Source: an uncultured Gemmatimonadales bacterium (lineage in GTDB: Bacteria; Gemmatimonadota; Gemmatimonadetes; Gemmatimonadales; Gemmatimonadaceae). Taken from it: DNA of 64,000 nucleotides. Shown piece by piece: positions 1-12,526 of the stretch (its first letter is position 1; every line of letters begins with the position of its first letter). The position numbers were made by a program, and so were the translations under genes. A model generated the notes under the pieces. That model had not been told where the DNA came from and searched no databases. It saw only the letters and a list, made by a program, of their open reading frames with translations. Where the stretch lies: the NCBI GenBank assembly GCA_963850905.1, contig CAWKMU010000003.1, positions 928,001-992,000 on the forward strand, given 5' to 3'.

Positions 1-736
1 TGACGGCATCGTCGGCGAGGAGCTTGGGGTCGTGCGGCCAGCCGCGGCCCGTCGGTGGTTTATTGATCCGATTGATGGTACCAAGAGCTTCGTGCGCGGC
101 GTCCCGTTGTGGGGCACCCTCATCGCGGTGGCGGAGGGTGAGAGGGTTCTCGCCGGGGCCATCTACTGCGCTGCGGCGGGTGAGCTGGTGGCTGCCGCGA
201 CAGGATGCGGTACCTGGTGGAACGGCGCACGTTGCCGTGTCTCTCAGGAAGCGCGGCTCGAGCACGCGACCGTCCTGGCAACCGAGGCCGTGGCGAGCGC
301 CGGCTCGCCGACCGCGATCCGGCACCATTCGACTTCGGGACGCTCCTCGGGATCGACCCGCACCCGCACACCCGCCGGCGGAGCCGCGCCATCCAAGGTA
401 TCCCCTCGTCTCCAGGCCTGGCGCCGACTGGCCGAGCGCGCCGGTGTGGCCCGGACGTGGGGCGACGCCTACGGCTATCTGCTCGTGGCCACCGGCCGCG
501 CGGAGGCAATGGTCGACGCGATCATGCATCCCTGGGACACCGCGGCGCTCGCCCCCGTGATCACCGAGGCCGGCGGCGCATTTACCGACTGGGACGGCGC
601 CCCGACCGCTCTAGGGGGCAGCAGCGTCGCCACGAATGCCACGCTGGCAGAGCAGGTCCGCGAGGTACTGAGAAAAGCGGGAACAGGGAGAGCCGGGGCG
701 CGCCCGCGGACCCGCACTTCGGTGTCAAACACGTAA
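1..736 (+). CDS. Inositol monophosphatase family protein (histidinol-phosphate phosphatase HisN-like), 5'-truncated by window
   Basis: Frame open from window start (DGIVGEE), IDPIDGTKSF and HPWDTAA IMPase motifs, TWGDAYGY typical of HisN-like enzymes. Confidence 0.85.
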   Translation, partial: DGIVGEELGVVRPAAARRWFIDPIDGTKSFVRGVPLWGTLIAVAEGERVLAGAIYCAAAGELVAAATGCGTWWNGARCRVSQEARLEHATVLATEAVASAGSPTAIRHHSTSGRSSGSTRTRTPAGGAAPSKVSPRLQAWRRLAERAGVARTWGDAYGYLLVATGRAEAMVDAIMHPWDTAALAPVITEAGGAFTDWDGAPTALGGSSVATNATLAEQVREVLRKAGTGRAGARPRTRTSVSNT

Positions 737-757
737 CCTCACCCATAGGCTCATAGC

Positions 758-1659
758 GTGCCACACCAATTCATCATCGCCGACGTGTTCACATCGACCG
801 CCTTTGGTGGCAATCAGCTGGCGGTTTTTCTCGATGGGCAGGGCTTGTCGACTCGCGCAATGCAAGCGCTCGCCCGCGAAATCAACTTCTCCGAGTCGAC
901 GTTTCTGTTGCCGCCTGAAGATCCGGCGCACACCCGGCGGGTGCGCATCTTCACACCGCACCGAGAGGTACCGTTCGCCGGCCATCCGACGGTCGGGACC
1001 GCAGCAGTGATCGCTCATCGGGGACTGGTCCAGATGCGGGACGGCCAAACGACCATCATCCTCGGCGAAGGCATCGGGCCGGTTCCGGTCAATGTTGCCA
1101 CACGGGGTGGCGTGCTCTCCTGCCGATTCACGCTGGAACGGGGCCTCGAGCGTCCCGCAGGGGCGCCGTCGCTGACCGCGGCGGCCGCTGCATTATCGCT
1201 CCCGAACGAGGCGGTCGTGGACGCGTGGTTCGCAAGCGTGGGGCTACCCTTTTGCTTCGTTCGCCTCGGCAACCGCGACGCCGTCGATCGCGCGACGCTC
1301 GCGCGTGGCCCATGGGCAGCCCACTTCGCCCGCTCGTGGGCATCGGACATCTTCATCTTCGCTGGCGGGGGGGACTGGGGGAGCGCGTCTACGCCCGCAT
1401 GTTCGGCCCATCAGTCGGCGTCGAAGAGGATCCGGCCACGGGGTCCGCCGCCGCCGCGCTCGCGGCGTCCCTGGCCGATGCCGCCCCCGCTCGCGACGGC
1501 ACGTTCAACTGGCAGGTCGACCAGGGCGTGGCGATGGGTCGGCCGAGCATCATCGACATCTCGGCCGACAAACGGGACGGCCGCACCATCCGCGTCCGCG
1601 TCGGAGGCAATACTGTGATGACCGGCGAGGGGAGCATCAGTGTGCCGGCGGGATACTAG
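758..1659 (+). pseudogene. PhzF family epimerase/isomerase, split by a frameshift at a G7 run (1367-1373)
   Basis: N-half (DVFT..FGGNQLAV, EINFSESTF, PFAGHPTVG) in ORF 758-1618; C-half (ARMFGP, EDPATGSA, QGVAMGRPS) in ORF 1225-1659; one extra G joins them. Confidence 0.85.
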
Positions 1660-1682
1660 TAGGGGCGACGCCATGCGTCGCC
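1659..1682 (+). repeat. GTAG-type REP palindrome, family A
   Basis: GTAGGGGCGACGCCATGCGTCGCC; near-identical copies at 6843, 25547, 25652(-), 53186. Confidence 0.8.
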
Positions 1683-1741
1683 TTTACCGCCGGATCACAA
1701 ACGCCGTTGTAATCCCTGACCCCTGGCCACCTTTCAGCTCC

Positions 1742-2854
1742 TCACTTCTTTTCCGCCACCAACACCACGAAGCTGCCCGGCACGGGCTGAGGGCGCTGGT
1801 TGCCCTGCGCGGGCTGAAACTGCGCGGTGACCAGATAGATCGTATGCGTCTTGGTATCGAGCGCCATGGTGCGCGCGCCCAGCTCGGTCTTGAGGGTGCC
1901 CAACACGGTGTATTTGTCGGCCGCGTCTTCGTGAACGACGGTGAGCGTCCCATCACCGTTGGAGCTGAACGCCAGCCCTGTGCCGGCGTCGAAGCGATTG
2001 GCATCGACGCGGGCACCGATCGGGACCGTCGTGATGACCTTGCCAGCCTCCGCGTCGGAGATTGCCATCACCTGATTGTGGCACCCGCTGAACAAGCGAT
2101 GGTGCTCACGATCGATCGCGAGTCCGGATGGGCTCTCACAGGGAGCCAGGGACCACTGGCGAACGATCTTGAGCGTTTTCAGGTCGATCGCGACGAGCAG
2201 GCTCTTGTCCTCGATGTTCGCATACACCGTCCCGTGATTGTCTGACACGCCGAATTCCGGCCCGCCCGGAAGGGCGACGCGCCCCACGAGTTTGCCCGTG
2301 CGCCCGTCGACGACCGACGCCGAGTGTGCGTCGCCGTTCATGCTCACGGCGTAGTGGGTGGCAGGATCGTACAGCATCGCATCGTCGTCGGGGTCAGCTC
2401 GAACGGTGCCGATGGGCTGTAACGTCTTGAGATCGAAGATGTGGATGGCCGTATCCCCTGCGGCCGTGATGAATCCACGCCCAAGGTCGTAGGCCAGCGC
2501 GACGCCGTGTACGTGCGGTGTGTTCGGAATGTCGCCGATCACCGCCCCGTTGTCGGGATTCACGACCAGCACGTGGGTTCCGCGAGTAATGAACAGCCGG
2601 TGCGCCGCGGTATCGAACGCGAGATAGTCCCAGCCGCCATCCCCGCCGATCTGATACCGTTTCGTCACCGAGTACCCGGGGTCCTGCGCGAGCGCCGTCC
2701 GCGTGAGCGGCCCCGCGATCAGGCACGCCACGCCCGCGGCCAGCAGCACGAGGCGGCCCTGACGCGTGATCGTTGGTGTCACGGAGGAGTGGACGCAGCG
2801 CAGCAGCGCTTTGGACGTGAGGGCGAGGCGAGACGGTCGCGAGCGCATTGACAT
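1742..2854 (-). CDS. Secreted YncE/YVTN-type beta-propeller protein
   Basis: Signal-like segment ending ALAQ; GGDGGWDY, HGVA, PEF..DG-like and GARTMALD repeats; start uncertain (2854, 2848 or 2884). Confidence 0.8.
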   Translation of the reverse strand: MSMRSRPSRLALTSKALLRCVHSSVTPTITRQGRLVLLAAGVACLIAGPLTRTALAQDPGYSVTKRYQIGGDGGWDYLAFDTAAHRLFITRGTHVLVVNPDNGAVIGDIPNTPHVHGVALAYDLGRGFITAAGDTAIHIFDLKTLQPIGTVRADPDDDAMLYDPATHYAVSMNGDAHSASVVDGRTGKLVGRVALPGGPEFGVSDNHGTVYANIEDKSLLVAIDLKTLKIVRQWSLAPCESPSGLAIDREHHRLFSGCHNQVMAISDAEAGKVITTVPIGARVDANRFDAGTGLAFSSNGDGTLTVVHEDAADKYTVLGTLKTELGARTMALDTKTHTIYLVTAQFQPAQGNQRPQPVPGSFVVLVAEKK

Positions 2855-2929
2855 ACCCGGGCTTGAGGGAGGACGGAAACCCACGCCCCAGCCAAGATAG
2901 GGGGCCGACCTGACGGGGGGATTACAACC

Positions 2930-4246
2930 TCAAAACACCTCCACCGCCGTCTTCGACACTCGCGTCGTATCCCCGACGTACGCGAAGGCCACGTCCCGCA
3001 TGTACGTCTGCGCGACACGTTGGATGTCGGCCGGGGTGACGCGGCGAAGCTCGTCGACAAACCGATCGGCCTGGCGGTAGTCGCCCTGATAGAGCTCGGC
3101 ACGCGCCAGAAAATTGGCCTGATCGGCGTCGGTCTCGTTGTCGAGGAAGTACTCCGTGATGAACTGCTGGACGAGGTGATCCAGCGCCGCAGGATCGACG
3201 AGGTTCGCTTGGAGCAGAATGATGTTGCTCCGCATGAGATTCAGGACGGTGTCTGGCTCCGTCGTCGTGACGTACAAGCCGCCCGCGGACACCGCGCGGT
3301 CGAGAAATGGCGCGTTGACTGCGTAAGACAGATTCCGTCGAGTGCGGATCTCCGCGAAGAGCTGTCCTGAAAGCGCGGAAGTCGCCAGCCGCAACGCCTG
3401 GTAGTCCGCACTCGTCGCGGGCGGACCGTGAAAGTAGCCGAGGATGTAGTTCGTCGGCAGCGCGCGTGCGCGGACCACGAGGCTGGTTGCGATGGGCGGC
3501 AGCGCGGCAGGGATCGTCCAGTGATATGTGCCTGCTGGGAGTCGCGCGAGAGAGGCATGTACCAGTCGCTGGACGTGCGGCGCATCGATGTTGCCCACGA
3601 TCACGATCAGCATGCGCGAGCGCACCATCTGGGTCGCCAGATACTGCCGGAGACTCGATCGCGAGATCGCGTCGATCGAGCGCTCGGTACCGACGAGCGA
3701 CCGACCATAGGGGCTGCCCACGAAGGCCGAGCTGTCCGCGAGCCACTCGACGAGTGCATCGGCGTTGTCGTCGCGCTGTCGCACGGCGGACAGATACTGT
3801 TCTCGGATGATCTCGACGTCGGCCGAGTCGAGTCGCGGCGCCGTGAGGCGATCGGCCAGGATTGCCCAGGTGGAGTCGAAGGTGGCCGACGTGGCCCGGA
3901 CACCGACGACCGTCCAGTCGAGCTGCGGCTCGACCACGATGGTTGTGCCGAGGCGCGCCATCGTCCGCCGCAACACAGACCGCGGGTAGTGCACCGTTCC
4001 GCGCTCGGACACGTCCAGCAGGAAGGGCTCGATTCCCGCTGTCTCGTCCGTCACCTGGCGTGCACCGCCAAGCAGATAGACGTTGGCGGACACCACATCG
4101 TTGGTCACGACACGGCGGAGGATGACCGGGATGCCATCGACGACAAAGCGTGTCGTGTCCACGACCTCCCGCTGCGGTGTGCGCCCGGCGGACGGCCAGC
4201 CGATGAGCGCCGCCATGACAGTTCCCATGCGCCACGCCCGAGTCAT
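2930..4246 (-). CDS. M16 (pitrilysin/insulinase) family peptidase, non-catalytic subunit
   Basis: M16-like fold motifs (EIRTRRNLSYAV, VTPADIQRVA), no HXXEH; overlaps stop of catalytic partner. Confidence 0.8.
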   Translation of the reverse strand: MTRAWRMGTVMAALIGWPSAGRTPQREVVDTTRFVVDGIPVILRRVVTNDVVSANVYLLGGARQVTDETAGIEPFLLDVSERGTVHYPRSVLRRTMARLGTTIVVEPQLDWTVVGVRATSATFDSTWAILADRLTAPRLDSADVEIIREQYLSAVRQRDDNADALVEWLADSSAFVGSPYGRSLVGTERSIDAISRSSLRQYLATQMVRSRMLIVIVGNIDAPHVQRLVHASLARLPAGTYHWTIPAALPPIATSLVVRARALPTNYILGYFHGPPATSADYQALRLATSALSGQLFAEIRTRRNLSYAVNAPFLDRAVSAGGLYVTTTEPDTVLNLMRSNIILLQANLVDPAALDHLVQQFITEYFLDNETDADQANFLARAELYQGDYRQADRFVDELRRVTPADIQRVAQTYMRDVAFAYVGDTTRVSKTAVEVF

Positions 4247-5826
4247 TGGATCGCGCCTTTGAGCTCGGCTTCCGTGAGGCCGACCGCCGCTCGGTCGGCG
4301 GGCGCGATCAACACACCGGTCACGTGGGGCTGCCCCACGATGTACCGGCGAGCATACGCCGCGAGATCTTGTGGCGTGCGCGCCGCCATGTTGTCCACGT
4401 ATCCGAAGTAGTACTCAAGGTTCGCGACGCTCCACCAGAATCCGACGGTATGCGCATAGCCCGACCCCCGTTCACGCCCAAAGGCGGAGTTGACCGCACG
4501 CCTCGCCTTGACCTCCGCCAGTTCCTCTGTCGACACATACCCGACGCTGTCGAATCGCGCGATCTCGTGATCGAGGCCGGCGAGCGCGGCGCGCAGCTTG
4601 TCCGCGGTCGTCTGGCCGCTGATGGTGATGGGCCCCGTGTGGTTCAGCGTGTAGTAGTTGACGTCGATGGATTGGAACAACCCTGCATCGACGAGGCGCT
4701 GCTGAAACGTGGAGCCCGGCTGATTGAGTGCGTCGGAGAACACGTCCGCGGCATACGTTGCGCCCGGGTCAGCAGCGACGCTCGGGCCCTGCCACTGCAC
4801 GACGACGCTCACAGCGCCCACCGGGGACTCGATGATCACGGCGTCGTTGCCCGTGAGTGCCGGGATCGGCGGGATCGGGTGCGCGACGAACGGGTCTGGC
4901 GCACGCGGCCAATCGCCGTAGAGCTGCTGCGCCAGGGCGAACACCCGGGCTGTATCGACGTCGCCGGTCACGATCAACGCGGCGTTGTTCGGGACATAGT
5001 AGCGATGCTGGATCTCCCGCATCTGCTCGGGCGTGACGCGATGGACGACGTCGCGGTCGCCGATCACATTCTTCCGGCTCCAATTGCCTGGCCACAGCTT
5101 CTGGCCCATCGTTTGGATCAATGCGAAGAAGGGGTTCGCTTCCTGTCGATCGTACTCCCCGATCACCACTTCCTTCTCGCGCGCGAGCTCATCGGAGCGA
5201 AAGAGCGGCGTACGCAGGGCGGCCGCGATGAACCGCAGGCCCCCCGCGAGACTGTCAGACGGCAGGGTGAGGTAGTAGCTGACACTCTCTTCCTCGGTCC
5301 GTCCGTTGAAGACGGCTCCGAGCTCTGCGGTCCGATCGAGAAACGCCTCGGGCTGCGGGTAGCTCTCGTTAGCCTGGAAGAACATGTGCTCGTACATGTG
5401 TGCCAGGCCGGCGTAATCGGGCGTCTGCGTAAAGGATCCGTTCCGCACATCGATCTCGATCGTTGCCAGCGGCACACCACGGTTCTGGACCACGACCACC
5501 TCCAACCCGTTCCCTAGCTGGCGGCTGTGCGTCGCCCGCTCGAGCAGCGCCCGCTCCGTGGGCGGCGCCCCCGCCCCGCTGGCGCGCGTCGAGGCGGCGC
5601 CCGTGCCGTGCGGCGCGTGCGTCACGGTTGGTGCACCGCCGGAGGCCGGAGACAGCGTTCCTTGTGCGCGCAGTCCGTCAGCCATGAACGAGATGACGGC
5701 GACCGCCACGACGGCGGCGACGCCCGTGACCGCGACATACGCCCGCGCGTCGGCGCTTAGGCGGTCGAGCCGTACCCTCCAGTGTCCAGCCCGGCGCGTT
5801 GTGGGGGACTCGACGCCGCGGCACAT
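4243..5826 (-). CDS. M16 family zinc peptidase, catalytic subunit
   Basis: GLAHMYEHMFF (HXXEH), EKEVVIGE, YYVPNNAAL; start uncertain, ORF part beyond ~5830 overlaps murB. Confidence 0.88.
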   Translation of the reverse strand: MCRGVESPTTRRAGHWRVRLDRLSADARAYVAVTGVAAVVAVAVISFMADGLRAQGTLSPASGGAPTVTHAPHGTGAASTRASGAGAPPTERALLERATHSRQLGNGLEVVVVQNRGVPLATIEIDVRNGSFTQTPDYAGLAHMYEHMFFQANESYPQPEAFLDRTAELGAVFNGRTEEESVSYYLTLPSDSLAGGLRFIAAALRTPLFRSDELAREKEVVIGEYDRQEANPFFALIQTMGQKLWPGNWSRKNVIGDRDVVHRVTPEQMREIQHRYYVPNNAALIVTGDVDTARVFALAQQLYGDWPRAPDPFVAHPIPPIPALTGNDAVIIESPVGAVSVVVQWQGPSVAADPGATYAADVFSDALNQPGSTFQQRLVDAGLFQSIDVNYYTLNHTGPITISGQTTADKLRAALAGLDHEIARFDSVGYVSTEELAEVKARRAVNSAFGRERGSGYAHTVGFWWSVANLEYYFGYVDNMAARTPQDLAAYARRYIVGQPHVTGVLIAPADRAAVGLTEAELKGAIQ

Positions 5827-5839
5827 TCCCTTGCAGATC

Positions 5840-6790
5840 ATGGCGACAACTCTCTCGGAAGACGCGCTCGAAGCCCTGGCGGCGCGGTTGGGCCCCGGCC
5901 GGCTGCGGCGCGACGAGCCATTAGCGCCGTACACGACGTTCAAGATCGGTGGGCCGGCGGACCTCCTGTACGATGCCACATCGGCCGATGCGCTCGCAAA
6001 TGCGGTCGCCGCGGCGCGCGCGCTCGGCGTGCCCTTCTTCGTGCTCGGGCTCGGCGCGAACATCCTCGTCGGCGACCGCGGCGTCCGCGGGCTCGTCATA
6101 CGAAACACCGCAGGTCACTTCACGTTCCACGATGATGGACGATTGTGGGTCGAGAGCGGCGCGGTCGTGGCGCACCTCATCCGGGAAGCGGTGGCCCGTG
6201 GTTGGTCCGGGCTCGAGCATTACGTCGGCATTCCGAGCACAGTGGGAGGGGCCATTTGGCAGAATCTGCACTTCCTCTCCCCCGCACCCGCGCGCGAGCG
6301 TACGGTCTTCATCGAGGAAGTCTTTCATTCCTGCGTGCTGCTGACCGAATTCGGCTCACAGATCATTGCGGATCGGGCGGCCATGGCGTTCGCCTACGAT
6401 AGCAGCGCGTTGCACACGCGACCCGATATCGTGCTGAGCGTCGTTTTCCAGCTGACGCACGGTGACCCCGGCGAGATGCACCGCATCATGCAAGAGAACC
6501 TGAGTTGGCGCGGCGCCAAGCACCCATGGCTCGAGTACTACCCGAGCGCAGGCTCGATCTTCAAGAAGATCGCAGGGGTCGGCGCCGGCCGGCTGATCGA
6601 GCAAGCAGGTTTGAAGGGGCATCAACACGGCGGCGCGCAGATCTCACCGATCCACGCCAACATCATGGTCAACCTCGGCTTCGCCACCGCAGCCGACGTC
6701 CGCGCGCTCATCGGCATCGCGCAGGAAGCCGTCGCACAGAAGTTCGGGCAACAGCTCGAACCGGAGATCGGGTTCGTGGGAGAGTTCTAG
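5840..6790 (+). CDS. murB: UDP-N-acetylenolpyruvoylglucosamine reductase
   Basis: EPLAPYTTFKIGGPAD, GLGANILVGD, GIPSTVGGA, PSAGSIFK, HANIMVN, LEPEI. Confidence 0.93.
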   Translation: MATTLSEDALEALAARLGPGRLRRDEPLAPYTTFKIGGPADLLYDATSADALANAVAAARALGVPFFVLGLGANILVGDRGVRGLVIRNTAGHFTFHDDGRLWVESGAVVAHLIREAVARGWSGLEHYVGIPSTVGGAIWQNLHFLSPAPARERTVFIEEVFHSCVLLTEFGSQIIADRAAMAFAYDSSALHTRPDIVLSVVFQLTHGDPGEMHRIMQENLSWRGAKHPWLEYYPSAGSIFKKIAGVGAGRLIEQAGLKGHQHGGAQISPIHANIMVNLGFATAADVRALIGIAQEAVAQKFGQQLEPEIGFVGEF

Positions 6791-6842
6791 AGAGAGCTAA
6801 CCGGCAGGTGTCCGGTATGACCACGACGCTGGTTCGCGGCGG

Positions 6843-6867
6843 GTAGGGGCGACGCAATGCGTCGCCC
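6843..6867 (+). repeat. GTAG-type REP palindrome, family A
   Basis: GTAGGGGCGACGCAATGCGTCGCCC between convergent genes. Confidence 0.85.
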
Positions 6868-6898
6868 GTTGTTCGGCGAAACCGCACCGCGCCCGCGC

Positions 6899-9232
6899 CT
6901 ACAACGCTGCCCCCAACCGAAATACGGGCTCAAAACGGGCCCCCGGCGCCAGCGACCGGGTAATCCCGACCCCGGCGGCCCCGCCGAAGAAGCGGACCAG
7001 CACATTCAGCGAGGTCGGGATCCCCACTGTCGGTGACGAGACCGGGATCGTCATCCCGAATGGATTGACGAGGACGACGTCAGTCTTGGGATCGACGCGA
7101 TCGCCAAGCGCCACCAAAGCTCGCCGCGCCGCGAGTGTCGTCACATCTGTCCACCCGCTCTGCAGTCCGAGGGCCAACGCCGGCGACGGGCTCGGGAAGA
7201 AGAATCCGCCCACGCGAAGCGGGGCGTGCCAGAAGGGGAGCGCGAACTGGCCCTCGCCCTGCCAGATCGCTGCTTCGTTGCCGGCGAACTGTTTGTAGTC
7301 GTACGCAAGCAGCCCTTCGACCGAGCCGATCTCCAACAACTGCTGCGGCGGAATGACGGCCCCCTCCACGACGGCGGCATCGACGCGCCCGAGGAGGGTG
7401 AATGGCCCCCACGTGCGCCGGGCGGAGACCCGCGCTTCGCCACGATCCCAGGCGAGCTGGCCGACTGCGGCCTGAACGCGCAAGCGGGCGCCGATCCCTT
7501 CTCCGACGAAGCCGGCATCGATGCCCGGATTGAAGTCGAGGGTCACGGCACTCTGGAAATACGACCCGGGCAACACATTGCGATTCGGACGGAAGAGCGA
7601 ATCGCTCATGAAGACGGAAGGTGCAAAGATCCCGTGAGTCAGCAGCGCCCGCACGCCTGCGTCGTTACCCGGGCCCGCCTCGAGATGCACGAGGAACCGG
7701 CTGCCCCCGGCGGGCGTCAGCCACTCGCGCAGTGCATAGATGGTGGCGCTTCTCCGGTCGACGTAGTCGTAGTTGTCCTGCAGGAAGAGCGCTTCCAGGA
7801 ACGGGCCGCTCGTAAAGACGGTGGTGAAATCGTTTGTGATGTCCAGATACCGCGATGCCTGCACACCAACCAACCACGGCGAATGCTGCCACTCCGCGCT
7901 CGCGCCCCCGCGGGCCGTCCCCTCGGTCCACGCCCACCCCGCGTTGGCGCGGACCGTGAGTCCGGGGGCGGCATCCCGAAAGTGGATGCTCGCCCCAACG
8001 CCGGTAAACAGCCCTTCGACACGGTCGAAATGCACGAACTCGCCCAGTCGCTGGGTGCCGAATTCGACCTGTGGTGGCCCGCTCGTCCGCCACTGATTCG
8101 GCGCCACGTCGTTGAAGTCGGAGTCCTGTACGGCGCGAGTGGCGAGCCCAATGGGTCGTTGCCAGTCTGAGAAGCCGAGCAAACTGTCGCTCGGGGCGAT
8201 CGACAGGACATGGGGGAGCGCGCGCAGTGTGTCGGTCGCCAGCGCCGTATCGCTTGCCACACTGTCGATGCGCTGCCTCGATCCGGCTCCCGGATTCCCT
8301 GTGGCAGGCTGCCCACCACCGACCAACGCGGTGGCCGCCGTCGTATCGTTCAGGGTGTAGGGGCGGAAGTGGGTGACGATCCGGAAAATGGACCGCGCAT
8401 CGCCAAGGAACGGCGACGACACCTCACCCTCGATGCGCTGGACATCGGGCAGCCAGTAGTGGCCCGCGACCTGGCGATTCGTCAAGTCGATGAACGCCGC
8501 GGTGCGGTACGCGACACTCTGCAGGCTGGCGGAGAGACGTCGATGCCCACCGACCGTCTCGAAAGCACCACGCAATCGCACGATCGCGGCACCCTCCATG
8601 TCCACGTACACATCGCCGCGAAACACAACGGTGCGAGCAGGCAGTCCGGGGCGCGGCGTCACGTGTACCACGGCCACCGGGATTGTGCGTCCGAGGACGG
8701 ACAGTTTGAGCGCCGTGTCGCCACCCGCAAACCGGTACACCGAGTCCCGATCCACGGCAAACGGATGCACCACGCGGACCGCCGTGTCGCGCGCGATGGC
8801 CCGCCGAGCCGTGCGGGTGGAATCACGCCCAAGAAACAAACCGAGGCGATTGCCGTAGAGTACAGGGACGATCCACGCCTGCTTGATGAACGCGAGGGCC
8901 GAGATGTTGAGCCCGGAGAGTTGCGAGCGGTAGCCGATGAGGTGCTGCGCGAAGGCGCCCGTCCGCGCCCACCGGGCCCGACTCTCGATCTCCTCGACCT
9001 GCGTTGCCCCCTCGGTGCCATCAGGCTGGCGGACGACTAGTGACAGCTCGCTCTCGGCGATCACTTGATACGACTCGAGACCCGGCGGAACGACGGTATT
9101 TCGACGTGATGCTCGCTCAACCAATGCCTTCAGCGCGGGTGATGCATACGTCGGCACGGAATCGCGAGGCACCTGGCAGATGACTTGCCCCTGCACCGCG
9201 CAGATGAGCGGCAAGAGATACCGGAGACACAC
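6899..9232 (-). CDS. Hypothetical exported/outer-membrane protein
   Basis: 777 aa ORF, N-terminal signal-like segment, amphipathic beta-strand C-half (FDRVEGLFTG, YDYKQFAG). Confidence 0.65.
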   Translation of the reverse strand: MCLRYLLPLICAVQGQVICQVPRDSVPTYASPALKALVERASRRNTVVPPGLESYQVIAESELSLVVRQPDGTEGATQVEEIESRARWARTGAFAQHLIGYRSQLSGLNISALAFIKQAWIVPVLYGNRLGLFLGRDSTRTARRAIARDTAVRVVHPFAVDRDSVYRFAGGDTALKLSVLGRTIPVAVVHVTPRPGLPARTVVFRGDVYVDMEGAAIVRLRGAFETVGGHRRLSASLQSVAYRTAAFIDLTNRQVAGHYWLPDVQRIEGEVSSPFLGDARSIFRIVTHFRPYTLNDTTAATALVGGGQPATGNPGAGSRQRIDSVASDTALATDTLRALPHVLSIAPSDSLLGFSDWQRPIGLATRAVQDSDFNDVAPNQWRTSGPPQVEFGTQRLGEFVHFDRVEGLFTGVGASIHFRDAAPGLTVRANAGWAWTEGTARGGASAEWQHSPWLVGVQASRYLDITNDFTTVFTSGPFLEALFLQDNYDYVDRRSATIYALREWLTPAGGSRFLVHLEAGPGNDAGVRALLTHGIFAPSVFMSDSLFRPNRNVLPGSYFQSAVTLDFNPGIDAGFVGEGIGARLRVQAAVGQLAWDRGEARVSARRTWGPFTLLGRVDAAVVEGAVIPPQQLLEIGSVEGLLAYDYKQFAGNEAAIWQGEGQFALPFWHAPLRVGGFFFPSPSPALALGLQSGWTDVTTLAARRALVALGDRVDPKTDVVLVNPFGMTIPVSSPTVGIPTSLNVLVRFFGGAAGVGITRSLAPGARFEPVFRLGAAL

Positions 9233-9273
9233 GTCTGGTCAGAGTTGAGCGAGGCACATCATCTTTATCAAAT

Positions 9274-10140
9274 ATGGCTCGATCAGCCCGCCGGGTCTCA
9301 ACGCCCTCACAATTGACGACGTATTGGGAGGCGAGCCGAGCACCCCGGTATAGCGTTCTGATCGCGATCCCCCTCCTCATTGCGTACGAGGCGCTCGCGG
9401 CTTTTCTGTCAACGGGGCGGACGGCGGAGCTCCGAAACGGAGCCGACGTCCTCCTCCGCGAACTGTTCCTGACCGTCGCGGGTCGGACCTATGCCCCGCT
9501 GATCTTCGGGGTGAGCGTGATCGGCCTGAGTGCATGGTACATCGCGCGCGACCTTCGCGCCGCCCGGACGCCGCTCCGGGGTTGGGTGTTTGCCGCGATG
9601 TTGCTCGAGGCCGGCTTGCTTGCGCTCTGCTTCGGTACGGTGATTGGTTCGCTCGTGTCGCATTTGCTCGGCGTAGTCGCGTCCAGGAGCGCCGCAGATC
9701 TCATCGTCGGATACGCGAGCGGTGGACCGCTTTCGTGGGTCGTACCATGGGTGACCCATCACTTGGGCCCTGGCGGAGCGATACCACCCGGCGGATCGAT
9801 CGAGACTGCGCCAACCGCGACCAAAGTCATGCTCGCGCTCGGGGCCGGTGTGTACGAAGAGCTGGTCTTTCGAGTCTTGCTGGTCTCCCTGATCGCGGTC
9901 ATCGCCCGTCGCATCTTCAGTCTCCGTCCGGTCCTCTCTGCGACCGTCGCGGTCGTGTGCTCAGCCCTGATCTTCGCGACATTTCACTACGTTGGACCCT
10001 ACGGCGATCCGCTTCGGCTCGACTCGTTCATGTTTCGTTTCATCGGGGGCCTGGCTTTCAGCGCGCTCTATGTTACGCGTGGCTTCGGTATCACGGCGTG
10101 GACGCACGCGTTGTACGATTTGCTGACGCTTGTGGCGTGA
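9274..10140 (+). CDS. CPBP/CAAX (Abi) family intramembrane glutamic endopeptidase
   Basis: EELVFR, FATFH and HALYD motifs; multiple TM segments. Confidence 0.85.
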   Translation: MARSARRVSTPSQLTTYWEASRAPRYSVLIAIPLLIAYEALAAFLSTGRTAELRNGADVLLRELFLTVAGRTYAPLIFGVSVIGLSAWYIARDLRAARTPLRGWVFAAMLLEAGLLALCFGTVIGSLVSHLLGVVASRSAADLIVGYASGGPLSWVVPWVTHHLGPGGAIPPGGSIETAPTATKVMLALGAGVYEELVFRVLLVSLIAVIARRIFSLRPVLSATVAVVCSALIFATFHYVGPYGDPLRLDSFMFRFIGGLAFSALYVTRGFGITAWTHALYDLLTLVA

Positions 10141-10194
10141 CGGCGGGGGGGCACCCGCGACCGCACCGTTGACCCCTGGCCCGGGACCCGCCAG

Positions 10195-12134
<1,940 letters not shown>

Positions 12135-12138
<4 letters not shown>

Positions 12139-12503
12139 GGCCGCTCGCTCGCCTGATCAGTCGTGATCCAATCCTTCCAGGCAGACTCATCGAGACCGAG
12201 GGTCAAACGTTGCTGCCACCGCACCATGGGCGCACGCAACAACGCCGGTTCCTCGGCCAAGCGTGCCAACCAGCGCTCGTCGGACTGGCGCGCTGCGCCG
12301 AGCCCCAGCTCGGCGAATCGCTTGCCCTCCCGATCGATGAGCGCGCCCACCCCGAACTTCTGTGCGAAGCGTTTCAACTCCCCGAGCGATGCGGCCCGTT
12401 CGGCCAGGTCGACGAAATGCACCCGCACCCGGCGCTCGGCAAAGAACCGCAATGCTTTGCGCGTGTCCGCGCTCCGCTTCGTCCCGAAGATCTGCACTTC
12501 CAT
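12135..12503 (-). CDS. ArsC/Spx/MgsR family protein
   Basis: QIFGTK..DTRKALRFF, PALLRAPMV; CXXC absent; 4-bp overlap with ABC-F. Confidence 0.8.
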
Positions 12504-12526
12504 GCAGGGAAAATAGACGCTAGACG

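Noticed and set aside
3428..5517. Long antisense ORFs (also 10537-11655, 20817-21977, 27494-28573, 61936-63030)
   Set aside because: Arg-rich shadows of real genes caused by GC codon bias; no recognisable motifs
5827..6108. Long N-terminal extension of the M16 peptidase overlapping murB
   Set aside because: Antisense shadow of murB in high-GC DNA
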